Source of the DNA: Squalus acanthias | Lineage: Eukaryota | NCBI GenBank assembly: GCA_030390025.1 | Contig: CM059435.1 | Location: 89,652,001 to 89,716,000, forward strand | Length of the DNA: 64,000 nt | Reading direction: 5' to 3' | Shown: piece after piece, positions 13,396 to 25,330 of the stretch | Layout of the letters: the number at the start of each line of letters is the position of its first letter | Numbering within the stretch: the stretch's first letter is position 1 | Position numbers and translations under genes: made by a program | Notes under the pieces: generated by a model | Database searches by the model: none | What the model was told of the DNA's origin: nothing | What the model saw: the letters and a program-made list of their open reading frames with translations, nothing else

Positions 13396-14681
13396 CTAAG
13401 TTTTTGGGAAATCTAATGGGGTGGCAGTTTCATTTATAAGCAGATATCTTTAATAAGTCTATAATAGAACAATGAACCTGAGGAATGAAAATAAAGAAAA
13501 AAATCTCTTATACTAACTCCAACTTATTACTCCAACCATACATTTTGTTTACAGTCTTTATATTATAGTTTTTAAACTTTTAAAACCCACATCTTTAAAA
13601 TTAGTTCCAGTTCTGGAGTAACAGTACATTGCAAAAGTTTACTTTTAAGAAATTAAACCTTGATGTTCCAAAGCAAATGAGCTAACATACATGCACAACT
13701 GTGCTTCTAAAGGGTTTTTCAATTATGGTTGGAATAATGTGACCCCTGCATTCTTCATTTAAAGTCAACTGAACCTTGAAGCCACTGTTGCTGTTTCTGA
13801 AATGACAGCTGTGAGTAATCAGCATTTTCTGAGTTCAAACGCTCCAGCAATTTTGTCCTATAACTTTTTTAGGGTTAAACAAACAGAAAACAGCAATCTT
13901 GTCAGTTTAAATGTCCTACATAATTATATGAGACTTTTAACATATTTAACTAATCAGCAAATGCCAAGATAGCAGGTCATTAGTCCCTTATAACCATATA
14001 TAATGACATCTCCATGAAATATTCTTCATATTTCATCAAGATGACATTTTAACCGAGAACAGATGAGAAAAGATTTCAAAGCAATCTCACTGGAATTAGT
14101 CTACAAACTACACATACGTATAATTCTCATTTAGTGTCAATGGCCCAGATTTCCTTTTGATATTTGCTGTGTAACTAAAACATTAATTTTGAGATCAAAT
14201 CTATGAGAAAACCCAAGTCCAGAAATTGGGATGCACTGTGGAAATGAAATTGTTCCACTTATCAGCTCCCTGTTGCATAAAGGGGAAGTAAAACCTTATT
14301 AACTTCCAAAATGGAGTTCCAGTATTTAATTCACAAAGAACACTACTAAAAATCCCATTAAACATAATAAAAATGTAATTTTAATTATTCAGTACCATTA
14401 ATTGGTAGTCCTGATAACATACTGTACATTACATGGCATAACACCCCTACTAATATAAAATAACGTATCCTCCAATTCACCATGAGCAATGCCATAGGAA
14501 ATCTACTAGCATTTCCATAAAATTATAAATGCATTCTGAACTTTATCAAAAATTAAGCCTCTTTTTCCCTTTGGGTCTCTAAATGCTTCCAGTTTTACTT
14601 TATCTCCACTCCTTTGGCATTTTACCCTGTACCTCTTTTCTCAATGTTTTTGGAGGTAAAGCATTTCTCCCCAGTTACATT

Positions 14682-15525
14682 GGGGGCGATTTTGCCAATG
14701 GGGTTGGCCAGAAGTCGATGGAGGCGGGACTGCTGCTTGTCGGGTTTTAGTCCCGCCTCCATCGACTTCTGGCCAACCCACGCTACTTTCCCTTGATTGA
14801 CCTTGTTAAGCCCGCCCAGCAGGCTTAGCAGGCCAATTAAGGGGAAGCAGGTTACAGAGAATGTCAGCGTATGACGTTTCATCTGTCAAAAATTTTTGAT
14901 AGATGAATTGTCATCATTTTGACAGCTCTGTGAAGCTGTCAAACACTGACATTCTATGTTGTTTGATGAGTCCTTGTATTCAAAACTCATCAAACCTCTT
15001 TTGTTAGCAGAAATTAGATGGTTGTTGCACCGGAGAATGCAGCAACCATCTGTCATCTCTGCCGGTGAGATACGAGACTCTCCACATCCTCAACTGCTGA
15101 AGCCTGCAGGAAGAAACAAAGGTAAGTAAACATTTTCTATCACTTTACACTCACCTCACACACTTACCTCTCCACACTTGCACCCATCACTTACCTTCAC
15201 AGCGCACTTTTGCACGCCTCCGACCCCCGCAGACCCACTGCTCGCTTCGGTGATGCTGGCGGGGTTTCCCGATGTCGGGCAGCCCGCGCCTCTGTTGGAA
15301 AAATGTGGATAATCCTCTTAACTGCCTGTTAACAACCTGTTAACAGACAGTTAAGTGGCTGTAATACCCTTCCCGCCTCCAGGAGACGGGACCCGGCACG
15401 GGTCGACTACCCATCTCCTGGGAAGATGGCACGGTGACGGGTTGGGCACCCGCCCCCAGATTCTGCCATTTTCCCAGCAGTCTCGCCTCCATACCCGCCT
15501 CCCCAGGGCTGGCAAGATCGCGCCC
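14682..15525. mobile_element. Harbinger-type MITE
   Basis: TIRs GGGGGCGATTTTGCCA / TGGCAAGATCGCGCCC; TSD ATT; shares TTGTTAAGCCCGCCCAGC...GGCCAATT with the subterminal region of Harbinger 1 (~8482). Confidence 0.8.
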
Positions 15526-15739
15526 ATTATTTGTGTAATAAGCTGTGGTGAAAAACATTAGAGATTTGAAGTTATTCAGATGCCAAGCAATTTTATTTTA
15601 TAAAACTGTTCTATTAGCAGGTAAATTGGATTAATGTCTCTCACCCAGAGTGTTGCACTACCATCTCCAAGTTCCCAACCAAATCACACACCATTTTGAC
15701 TTTCATCTATATTACTATTCCTGCATCATCACCAGCCCA

Positions 15740-15890
15740 ATATCCGAGAGCACCCTACCCAACACCTGTATGGGAGCATCAACACCACAAGGACTGCAAT
15801 AGTTCCAAGGTGGCGGCTTAAAACCATCTTCTCAGGGCAACTAGAGATGGACAATAAATAGATGAACTTGTCCTGAGAACAAATAAAAGA
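15740..15890 (+). mobile_element. 3' end fragment of the LINE family seen at 59370-60440
   Basis: CACCACAAGGACTGCA...CATCTTCTCAGGGCAACTAGAGATGGACAATAAAT matches 60313-60390. Confidence 0.65.
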
Positions 15891-15897
15891 AACAAAT

Positions 15898-16016
15898 TGT
15901 TGAGGCTGCCGCCCCCTTCTGCATTAAAGGTAAGGTGCCTTAAAGGGGAAGGTGCTGGAAATTTGTCCACAGACGGAAGAGTGGATTATGCCCATTTTAG
16001 GTGGCGATCCGCCACA
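15898..16016 (-). repeat. Gypsy 3' LTR with ~119-bp internal deletion
   Basis: TGTTGAGGCTGCCG...GATCCGCCACA is near-identical to the ends of 19868-21001. Confidence 0.9.
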
Positions 16017-16036
16017 CAGCTCCCCCCAGAATCCGC

Positions 16037-19000
16037 TTAGGAGGTGTGGACGAGACGGTGCGGCGGTCTGATGGGCCGGCCGGAGCGGCTCTTGTAGGAC
16101 GCCGGTGGACGTGCAGCAGCCGGGTGAACCGGCTTGAGGGCAGGTCGGCCGCGTGGAGGTGGACGAGCTACAGGGACCTGCTCACCGGGCTCCGAGTGTG
16201 CTGGCTTGAGTCGGTCAACCGACACTTTTTCGGTCCTGTCGCCCACTTGCAGGGTGAAAAATTTGTCCCCAGCCTGTAGCACCTTGTAGGGCCCGTCGTA
16301 CGGGGGTTGAAGGGGTCCGCGGTGGGCGTCGTGCCGGACGAAAACAAACCGTGCCTGGTACAGGCTTAGTGGGACGTGTGAGGTGGATTCGCCGTGTCGG
16401 GCAATGGGCACCGGGGCGAACTGCAGCGCCGGTGAAGCGAAGTCGTGGCGCTGCTGGTCGGCTGACCAGGGTGTCGTGGCGGTGGACAGGAACTCGCCAG
16501 GTACGCGCAGCAACCGACCGTACACGAGCTCTGCTGCCGATGCGTGGAGGTCTTCTTTAACTGCGGTGCGCAGGCCGAGGAGGACCCACGGAAGTCAGTC
16601 GGTCCAGGCGCCGTCTTGGAGGCTGGCTCGAAGAGATGCCTTCAAGGATCTGTGGAACCGCTCACACAGTCCGTTGGCTTGGGGGTGGTACGCTGTGGTG
16701 TGATGAATGGTCACCCCGAGATTGCGTGCGACGGCGGTCCAGAGTTCAGAGGTAAATTGCGGACCTCTGTTCGACGTCATGTCGGAGGGGACGCCGAACC
16801 GTGCGACCCAGGTGCTGATGAAGGCTCTGGCGATGTCGGCGGTGGCGGTAGAGGTCAGTGGAATTGCCTCAGGCCAGCGTGTGGTGCGGTCAACGATGGT
16901 CAGCAAGTGCGTGTGGCCTTGCGACGGCGGCAGGGGCCCGACGATGTCCACGTGGATGTGGTCGAATCTACGCGAGGGGACGGTAAACTCCTCGAGGGGT
17001 GCTTTCGTGTGTTGCTGTACCTTGGCCCGTTGGCAGGCTAGGCAGGAGTTGGCCCAAGTACGCACATCCTTGCGAAGGCCGCGCCAGACAAAGCGGTTGG
17101 CTGCCAATTTGATGGATGCGCGGGCGCCGGGGTGGGAGAGGTTGTGGAGAATGTCGAATACCCGGCGGCGCCAGGACGACGGGCCGAGGTTGACATAGGG
17201 ATATGTCGCACTTGACCATGACTGCGGTCGGGCCACAGGCGACGTCGGCCAGGCGTAGCCCTGGTAGGTTGGTGGGTGCGGAGAGCAGATCAGGGTCGGT
17301 GATCTGGTCTGCTGCGAGTTGAGCGTAGTCGACTGCTAGGTGTGCGGCGTGGATGGCGGGGCGGGAGAGGCAGTCGGCTACCACATTGTCTCGGCCGGAG
17401 ACGTGTTGGATGTCCGTGGTGAACTCGGACACAGCCGCGAGCTGGCGCTGCTGCCTGGCGGACCAGGGGTCGGTTGTCTTTGCCATTGCGAATGTCAGGG
17501 GCTTGTGGTCGACAAACGCAGTGAAGGGGTGGCCCTCAAGCAAAAACCGGAAATGGCGGACCGCCAGGAACAGCGCGAGGAGCTCGCGGTCGAAGGTGCT
17601 GTACTTGACCTCCGGGGGGGCGTAGTTGGCGGCTGAAGAAGGCAAGTGGTTGCCAGGCGCAGTCGACCCACTGCTCATACACGGCGCCGACCGCGTGGTC
17701 GGAGGCGTCTGTGCTGAGCGCTACCCTGGCATTGGGCCATGGGTGCGCGAGCAGGGTGGCGTTGGTGAGCGCGGTCTTGGTGGAATCGAAGGCGGCGGAT
17801 GCGTCTGCCGTCCATTCGACCGCCATCTTGCCGCTCCTGCCCCGGAGGGCTTCATACAGGGGCCTCATGAGGGACGCCGCTTTGGGGATGAAGCGGTTAT
17901 AGAAATTCACCATCCCGAGGAACTCCTGGAGGCCTTTGAGGGTGGTGGGCCAGGGAAATTGTTGGACGGCCTGCACCTTGGTGGGCAGGGGAATGGCCCC
18001 AGCATGGGTGATGTGGTGGCCGAGGAAGTCGATCTTGTCCAGGCCGAACTGGCATTTGGCTGGGCTGAGGATGAGCCCGTGGTCGCTGAGGCGCCCGAAC
18101 AGGATGCGAAGGTGTTCGAGGTGTTCCTGCTTGGAGGAACTGGCTACCAGGATGTCGTTCAGGTAGACGAACAGGAACTTCAGGTCCTGAAGGACTGAGT
18201 CCATGAGCCGTTGGAATGCCTGGCCCGCGTTTTTGAGGCCGAAGGGCATCCGCAGAAACTCGAACAGGCCGAAGGGGCTGATTACGGCCGTCTTGGGGAC
18301 GTCTGCGGGGTGGACGGGGACTTAGTGGTAGCCGGGCACCAGGTCGACCTTGGAAAAGACTGAGCGGCCGGCCAGTCTAGCCGAGAAGTCCTGAATGTGC
18401 GGCACGGGGTACCGATCAGGGGTGGTGGCGTCATTGAGGCGGCGATAATCCCCGCAGGGGCGCCAACCTCCGCCTGGTTTGGGGGCGATGTGGAGTGGGG
18501 AGGCCCAGGGACTGTTGGAGCGGCGGATGATGCCGAGCTGTTCCATGGTGGCAAACTCGGTCCGCGCAATCTCCAGTTTGGCCGGGTCCAGCCTGCGGGC
18601 GTGGGCGTACACTGGGGGGCCTGTGGTGGGGATGAAGTGTTCCACCCAGTGTTTGGCGGCCTCCGCAGAGAAGGTCGGATTGGTAAGGGCTGGGAATTCG
18701 GCCAGGAGTGCCGAGTAGTCATCCGTGGCCCGGGCGTGGCACTGTGACGCCATGTCGGCGGGTTGACGGGGGGCCATGGTGCCCAGGATGGGGGACATGG
18801 TGTTCATGTCCACGAGGCGGTGACGAGGGATGTCTACCAGTAGGCCGTGGGCGCACAGGAAATCTGCGCCGATGAGGGGGGAGAGCACCTTGGCAGTGAT
18901 GAACTCCCATCGGTAGCGGTGACCAGCGAGGTCGAGGGTGACTGTCCGGGTGCCATACGTCCGGATTTCCGAGCCGTTAGCAGCAGCCAGCGCCGGTCCT

Positions 19001-19827
19001 CGTTCGCCCTTTTGGATGTCGAGGGAGGAGGCCGGGATGATGCTGTGCTGAGCCCCAGTGTCGCACAGGAACCGGCGGCCGGTTTTGTCATCCGTGATGT
19101 ACAGCAGGGAGCCCGCGTGGCCCACGGCCATCGCGGGGGCTGGAACGGGGGCGGACTTGAAAGAGCAGGGAGGTGTGCACCGTTGTGCCCTGGCGCCAAA
19201 CCGTGAGTGGTAGTAACAGTGGCCCGGGTTAGTGGGGCGTGACGGCCCTGTGGGCCTGGTGACAGGCCCTTGTGGCCGCGTGCTGGATGGTGAGGGGCGC
19301 GCCCAGGCATTGGCTGCCAGGTCCGGAGTGACGTCGCGGCTGGAGTGAGCGGACAGCAGCTTGTCGGCCTCATCGGCCAGGGCTTCCAGGTTCGTGGGGC
19401 CGGACGCCACGATCGCTGGGCGGATGCTGAGAGGGAGCTGGCGGATGAACAGCGTGCGGAAGAGGGATCTGGGTGGGCTCTCGTCGGTGAGGGAGAGCAT
19501 GTGGGAGAGGAGGTCTGACGGTGAGGCATCACCGAGGCCTGGAAGGTTGAGGAGGTGGCAGTTTCGCTGATATGCCGAGGCCGTAAATTTTTTAAGGAGC
19601 GCTGTCCTGAGATGCGTGTACTTGCCTTCCTCTGGTGGGTTCTGCAGCGTTGTCCAAACCTTGGAAACTGCGGCGCTACCGAGTGATGTGATGAGATAGT
19701 CGTACTTCGTCCCATCTGTGGTGATATTTCGCAGCCGGAAGCGAGATTCAGCTTGGAGAAACCAGGCTTCGGGCTGGTTTTCCCAAAGCTCCGGCAGTTT
19801 CATGGAAACTGCGTTCGTGTCCGCCAT
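16037..19827 (-). pseudogene. Gypsy gag-pol polyprotein (Gag CHCC, protease DTGA, RT, RNase H, integrase with GPY/F)
   Basis: ORFs 18322..19827, 17536..18249, 16968..17678, 16595..17236 and 16037..16525; stop in RT at 18322-18324; YLND replaces YLDD; several frameshifts. Confidence 0.92.
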
Positions 19828-19852
19828 TGCAGTGCTCGGAATACGTTCTGAG

Positions 19853-19866
19853 CGTCGGTGTCACCA
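19853..19866 (-). promoter_or_regulatory. Primer-binding site complementary to the tRNA-Trp 3' end
   Basis: Minus strand reads TGGTGACACCGACG versus the tRNA-Trp PBS TGGTGACCCCGACG (1 mismatch), 1 nt after the LTR. Confidence 0.85.
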
Positions 19867-19867
19867 A

Positions 19868-21001
19868 TGTTGAGGCTGCCGCGAAACACGAATTAAGGCT
19901 GAATCCATTTGTGTTAAACAGGAGACATTTTAATCACAGCATGGTCAAAATGGCAGAAAGAAAAGCTCCCAGAATTCTCTGGGTAAAACCTGAGGCCTCG
20001 CCCCCTTCTGCCTTAAAGGTAAGGGGGTAGAAATTAGGTCGCGCCCCATTTGGGGCGCAAATATCGTCTGGACGCAAATATTAGCGCCTGGCGCTAATTA
20101 TCGGCACTGACTGGAAACTTCACTTTTACCGCCCCGGGAGGTGAGTGGAGCGCTAAAGCAGGCGCTGCACACCTGTCTTAAGGCGCAAATGCCGAGGAGC
20201 GAGGCGCTAACTCAGAGCGCTGGCGACGCTCATGTAATGTCAGTCAGCAATGGAACACACACACAATGGCACGGGCCAGTTCTTAAAGGGGATGGTTAAT
20301 CTTGCTTTCCATCCACATCCTGTTCATTGCAGCCTTGAATCTCGGCCTGGAGAGACTTGCACATCAAATGTGCTGGAAAGAACAATGGAGAGTACCAGGC
20401 AAAGAGCTCAGAGTGCAGCTCCCACAGTCTCTGCTAAATCGATACAAGGAATGGCAAATCAAAATGAACCTGCAAAGTGCTGCTCAGTACCCAAAACTCC
20501 TTCACACAACGTTGAATCTCTCCAGAAGTCTCTCCCTCGCTCTCTCAATGCGTAGTTCAAAAATGCCACCAACAATAAAAGACAGGAAGAGGCCCCCTTT
20601 AAATAGCGCCCCCCCCCCAGCCCCACAGCGATTGATAGCGTTCCAGTCTTCTGGTCATTGGAAGCGCCAGGCGGTAAGGCAGGGGGCGCCACTCAATTTC
20701 CGCTCCGGGGCGCCACAAGGGCGTTGCACCATGGAATGACGTCACAATCTGCGCGCGCAGGTGGTCGCAGCGGTAAGTTTTAGCGCCGCCGCACAATGTC
20801 AAGTTAAGTTCCCGAGTGGCGCAAACATCACTGCGCCCAGGCGTTAGCAGCTTTGCGCCCCATTAGCGCCCTCTTAAGGCGCTAACGGGAGGCGCAACCA
20901 ACTGAATTTTTACCCCGAGGTGCCTTAAAGGGGAAGATGCTGGAAATTTGTCCACAGACGGAAGAGTGGATTATGCCCATTTTAGGTGGCGATCTGCCAC
21001 G
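19868..21001 (-). repeat. Gypsy 5' LTR interrupted by a MITE
   Basis: Segments 19868-20023 and 20917-21001 match the other LTR; adjacent to the PBS. Confidence 0.9.
20024..20916. mobile_element. GC-rich Harbinger-type MITE inserted in the Gypsy 5' LTR
   Basis: TIRs GGGGTAGAAATT / AATTTTTACCCC; TSD AAG/GAG; the empty site AAGGTAAGGTGCC is present in the 3' LTR. Confidence 0.88.
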
Positions 21002-21214
21002 AAATCATATAATCAGGGATGAAATGTTTACCTCCAACATTAGCAAGTTGATTAGAATAAAGTGCTAAATAACCTGGGCAAAGACAAAATATGAAGCGAC
21101 CAAAAGGGAGAAAGAAGCTTGATATTTTGACTAGAAAGAGTTCTTTATGTATTTGCAAGGTTTATAAAACTTTGTTCAGTTGCTCTTTCTAAAAAAAAAA
21201 TTAGGATTCAAAAT

Positions 21215-21722
21215 ATTATAAAAAGGATATAGAGGCACTGGAGAGGGTGCAGAGAAGATTTACAAGGATGATACCAGAAATGCGAGGGTATACCTATCAG
21301 GAAAGGATGAACAGGCTGGGTCTCTTTTCTCTTGAAAAAAGAAGGCTGAGTGGTGACCTGAGGTCGTTAAAATCACGAAAGGTTTTGATAGAGTAGATAG
21401 AGAGTGTGGAAGAGCATAACTAGAGGCCATCAATATAAGATAGTTACCAAGAAATCAAATAGGGAATTCAGAAGAAACTTCTTTACCCAGAGAGTGGTGA
21501 GAACATGGAACTCGCTATCACAGGGGGTGGTTGAAGCGAATAGTATAGATGCATTTAAGGGGAGGCTAGATAAGCATGAGGGAGAAGGGAATTGAGGGTT
21601 ATGCTGATAGAGATAGATGAGGAAAGACGGGAGGAGGCTCGAGTGGAGCATAAACGCCGGCATGGACTGGTTAGGCCAAATGGCCTGTTTCTGTGCCGTA
21701 TACCTTATGTAATCCTATGTAA
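21215..21722 (+). mobile_element. CR1 3' fragment
   Basis: ORF 21404..21595 (TRGH...RRNFFTQRVV...WNSL); 3' UTR GGCCAAATGGCCTGTTTCTGTGC with a TATGTAA tail. Confidence 0.85.
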
Positions 21723-22673
21723 AATGTTGTAGAAACTACATATAGTTAGGGTATCAGAAATGACTATTACCTGTATTTCACTGGATGAAGCAGCTGTGGC
21801 AACCCCTTCCAATATTAGAGGCTGAATTAATCCAGAATACAGGATTTGATTACGAACATGTGATAAAAGTTTGTTCTCCAATAAATTATTGAAATTTAAT
21901 GTAAGGTTCACCTGATTACTCATTTACTTAAGACAGTGAGTAGCTGAGTCATTGAGACCAGTAAGATCCTAGTTTTGAGCTCTAATCAGTTCTAAGCTAC
22001 CTGCTCTCAGCCAAAGAGAATGCATGGGAGCTATAATTGGCCCTTGTTGGGGAGGGATTTCCTGTTCCTGATCCTTATCCAGCAGTTCCTATTGCAAATA
22101 TATCCGTGTTGTCAGAATGAGGATGGAATCAGATTAGACTGCAATACCCCAAAGGTTGACTAACTTCCCAATACTCATTGGGGGAGAAATTGAGCTCTGT
22201 AGCACCCATTTTTTAGGCGCTACGCAGCATCAGAGATGCAAGCACACACTTCCGACAGGAAGTGCACTAAACACTAACTTGGTAAAGGGGTTTGCACGTG
22301 TGCACCTAACGACCGCCAGCAGCATGCAGATCAGGCAGATTGTGTCGTCCGTGTGCAACGCTGATTTGATGCTAGCACTGCCATTTTCAAACGCCAGGCT
22401 CCAGCCTGCGCCCGGTCTTAACCTCGCACAGCTGAACATTATGTTAAATGGCAGAAAGGATCCCTACCAACGCTACTTAAAGGGATCATGAATTAATTAC
22501 AGGTTAGTTGCTGGATTATTTCTTCTGGCTGCTGGTGCAATTTTACACATTTTTGGAGCTTTCCTACAGTTGCCTAAAGTTTTAATAGTCTGCAGGGAGT
22601 GGCCTGGCTGGTGCTGAAGTACTTTTTTGTTCATTTAAAAGCTTGTAGCTGAAACAAGTTGCTTCCAGACATG

Positions 22674-24107
22674 AAAGCTAAAGCAAAATACTGCAGATGC
22701 TGGAAATCTGACATAAAAACAGAAAATGCTGGAAATACTCAGCAGGTCAGGCAGCAGTAAGCAGGTTGGGAGGAAGTGTAGTCCAGGTAGCTGTGGGAGT
22801 CAGCGGGCTTATAGTGGATGTTTGTCGATAGCATTTTCCACCCTTCCTTCACCTTTACGTGGTCCATCTCCGACTCTTCCCTTCCCTTCCTCGACATCTG
22901 TCTCTCCATTTCTGGGGATAGGCTATCGATAAACATCCACTATAAGCCCAGACTCCCACAGCTACCTAGACTACACTTCTTCCCACTCCGCTTACTATAA
23001 CGACTCTATCCCATTCTCGCTGTTTCTCTGTCACCGTCGCATTTGTTCGGATGATGCCACCTTCCATACTAGTGCTTCTGATATATCTTCCTTTTTCCTC
23101 AACCGAGGATTCCATTCTACCGTGGTTGACATGGCCCTCGACGGTGTCCGTTCCATTCACCTCCCTCCCAGAACCACGACAGGGTTCCCCTTGTCCTCAC
23201 CGCTCACCTCACTAGCCTCCACATTGTAAGGATCTTCCTCTACCATTTCCGCCACCTCCAGCGTGATCCCACCACCAAACACATCTTCCCCTCCCCTTTC
23301 AGCATTCCAAAGGGACCGCTCCCTCTGTGACACCCTGGTCCACTCCTCAATCACCCCCAACACCCCCTTCTCTTCCCATGGCACCTTCCCGTGCAAGCGC
23401 AAGAGATGCAACATCTGCCCTTTTACCTCCTCCCTTCCCACTGTCCTGAGCTCCAAACACCCTTTCCAGGTGAAACAGCGATTTGCTTGTACTTCTTGCA
23501 ATTTAGTATACTGTATTCGCTGCTCACGATGCTGTCTCCTCTGCACTGGGGAGACCAAACGCAGATTGGGTGACCGCTTTGCGGAATACCTCCGTTCAGT
23601 CCGCAAGTGTGACCTCGAGCTTCTGGTCGCCTGTCACTTTAATTCTCCGCTCCAATCCCACTCTGACCTTGGCCTCTTACACTGTTCCAACGAAGCTCAA
23701 TGTAAACTCGAGGAACAGCACTGCATCTTTCGATTAGGCACTTTACAACCTTCTGGACTCAACATCGAGTTCAACAATTTCAGACCATAACCTCGGCCCT
23801 TAATTTTTAATATGGCAGCTGTTGATGATTCTGCTGTTCCCATTTACTCCTCTTCTAGACCCATCTTTTGTTTCTTTACCTGTTCCATTACCATCTCCTT
23901 TTGCTTTGTACAATCATACCGTTTGTCATTTAATCACAGACCTTCCCTTTTGTTCTTTCCTCCCCTCCCCCTTTCCCTGCCCCTGCATTTGCATTTGCTT
24001 AAAATCTGTTACATCTCTAACTTTTTCCAGTTCTAACGAAAGGTCATCGACCTGAAACGTTAACTCTGTTTCTGACCTTTGAGTATTTCCAGCATTTTCT
24101 GTTTTTA
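22674..24107 (+). mobile_element. Penelope-like element, family A, with inverted 5' segment
   Basis: ORF 23263..23790 GIY-YIG (NLVYCIRCSRCCLLCTGETKRRLGDRFAEYL); flanked by TGCTTCCAGA(C/T)ATG duplication at 22660-22673 and 24108-24121. Confidence 0.85.
24029..24065 (+). ncRNA. Minimal hammerhead ribozyme motif, core mutated (PLE family A)
   Basis: AGTT-CTAACGA-A-AGGTC-ATC-GACCT-GAAA-CG-TT-AACT; CTAA replaces CTGA. Confidence 0.65.
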
Positions 24108-25330
24108 TGCTTCCAGATATGGATGGCCTGGTAGGCCTTCCTCTTGGAATTGAGTATGACTGGGAGAATGAAAAGAGGCCATGCAGCTAGAAGAGGCTGG
24201 AGGAGGAGGAGGGGGAGAAAGGCTCTCAGCAAGACGCCATATCAGCAAAGGGTTTTAAGAGAGCAATTCTCTTACCTCAACTTTAGTGATGATCAATGCT
24301 GGAGATGTCTTTGATTCACTAAAGAGGTCATGTCAGAAATCTGCCAACTGCTGCGACCACAACTGCAACCTCAAAGAAGGGCAAGGACAGCACTGCCTTT
24401 GGCTGGAAAGGGGATGGTGGCTCTTCACTTTTATGCATCTGGCTCCTTCTAGGCTGCTGTTGTAGATATAAGCAACATCTCGCAGTTTGCAATACACTGC
24501 TGCATAAGGGAGGTCACTGAAGCTCTCTGTACACAGAGAGACAGCTTTATCTCATTCCCTCTAGCAAGAGACAGGCAGGTGGAGCCAGCAGGAGGTTTTG
24601 CACAGATTGCAAGCTTCCCCATGGTGCAGGGTGCCATTGACTACACGCACATTGCCTTGCGTGCGCCTCATGTGAACTCTGCCATTTTCATGAACAGAAA
24701 GGGATTCCACTCCCTCAATCATAGAATCATAGAAATTTACAGCACAGAAGGAGGCCAGTCAGCCCATTTTGTCCACGCCAGCCGACAAAGAGCTATCCAC
24801 CCTAATCCCACTTTCCAGCACTTGGTCCATAGCCTTGTAGGATATGGCACTTCAAGTGAATATCCAAGTACTTTTTAAATGTGAATAAGGGTCTCTGCCT
24901 CTACCACCCTTTCAGGCAGTGCGTTCCAAACCCCCACCACCCTCTGGGTGAAAAGATTTCTCCTCAACTCCCCTCACAACCTCCGACCAATTACTTTAAA
25001 TCTATGCCCCCTGGTTATTGACCATTCTGCTACGGGAAATATGTCCTTCCTATCCACTCTATCTAGGCCCCTCATGATTATATGCACCTCAATTAGGTCT
25101 CCCCTCAGCCTCCTCTGTTCCAAAGAAAACAACCCCAGCCTATCCAATCTTTCCTCATAGCTAAAATTCCCCAGCCCAGAAAACATCCTTGTAAATCTCC
25201 TCTGCACCCCTTCTAGTGCAATCACATCCTTCCTGTAGTGTGGTGACCAGAACTGCATGCAGTACTCTAGCTGCGGCCTAACTAGTGTTTTATACAGTTC
25301 AAGCATAACCTCCCTGCTCTTATATTCTAT

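Larger units (their letters stand above)
15898..21001 (-). mobile_element. Full-length Ty3/Gypsy LTR retrotransposon (CsRn1/Kabuki/Boudicca-like), inactivated
   Basis: Two LTRs; 4-bp TSD AAAT (15894-15897, 21002-21005); primer-binding site (PBS) TGGTGACACCGACG; polypurine tract GGGGGGAG; domain order gag-PR-RT-RH-IN. Confidence 0.95.

Noticed and set aside
16001-19570. Many overlapping + strand and alternate-frame ORFs
   Set aside because: Shadow ORFs of the GC-rich Gypsy gag-pol; no independent motifs.
16017-19860. CpG island analogous to mammalian KvDMR1/KCNQ1OT1
   Set aside because: Wrong intron, and fully explained by the retrotransposon interior.
21930-22160. Possible old tRNA-derived SINE
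   Set aside because: Only a vague resemblance; A/B boxes and boundaries cannot be supported.
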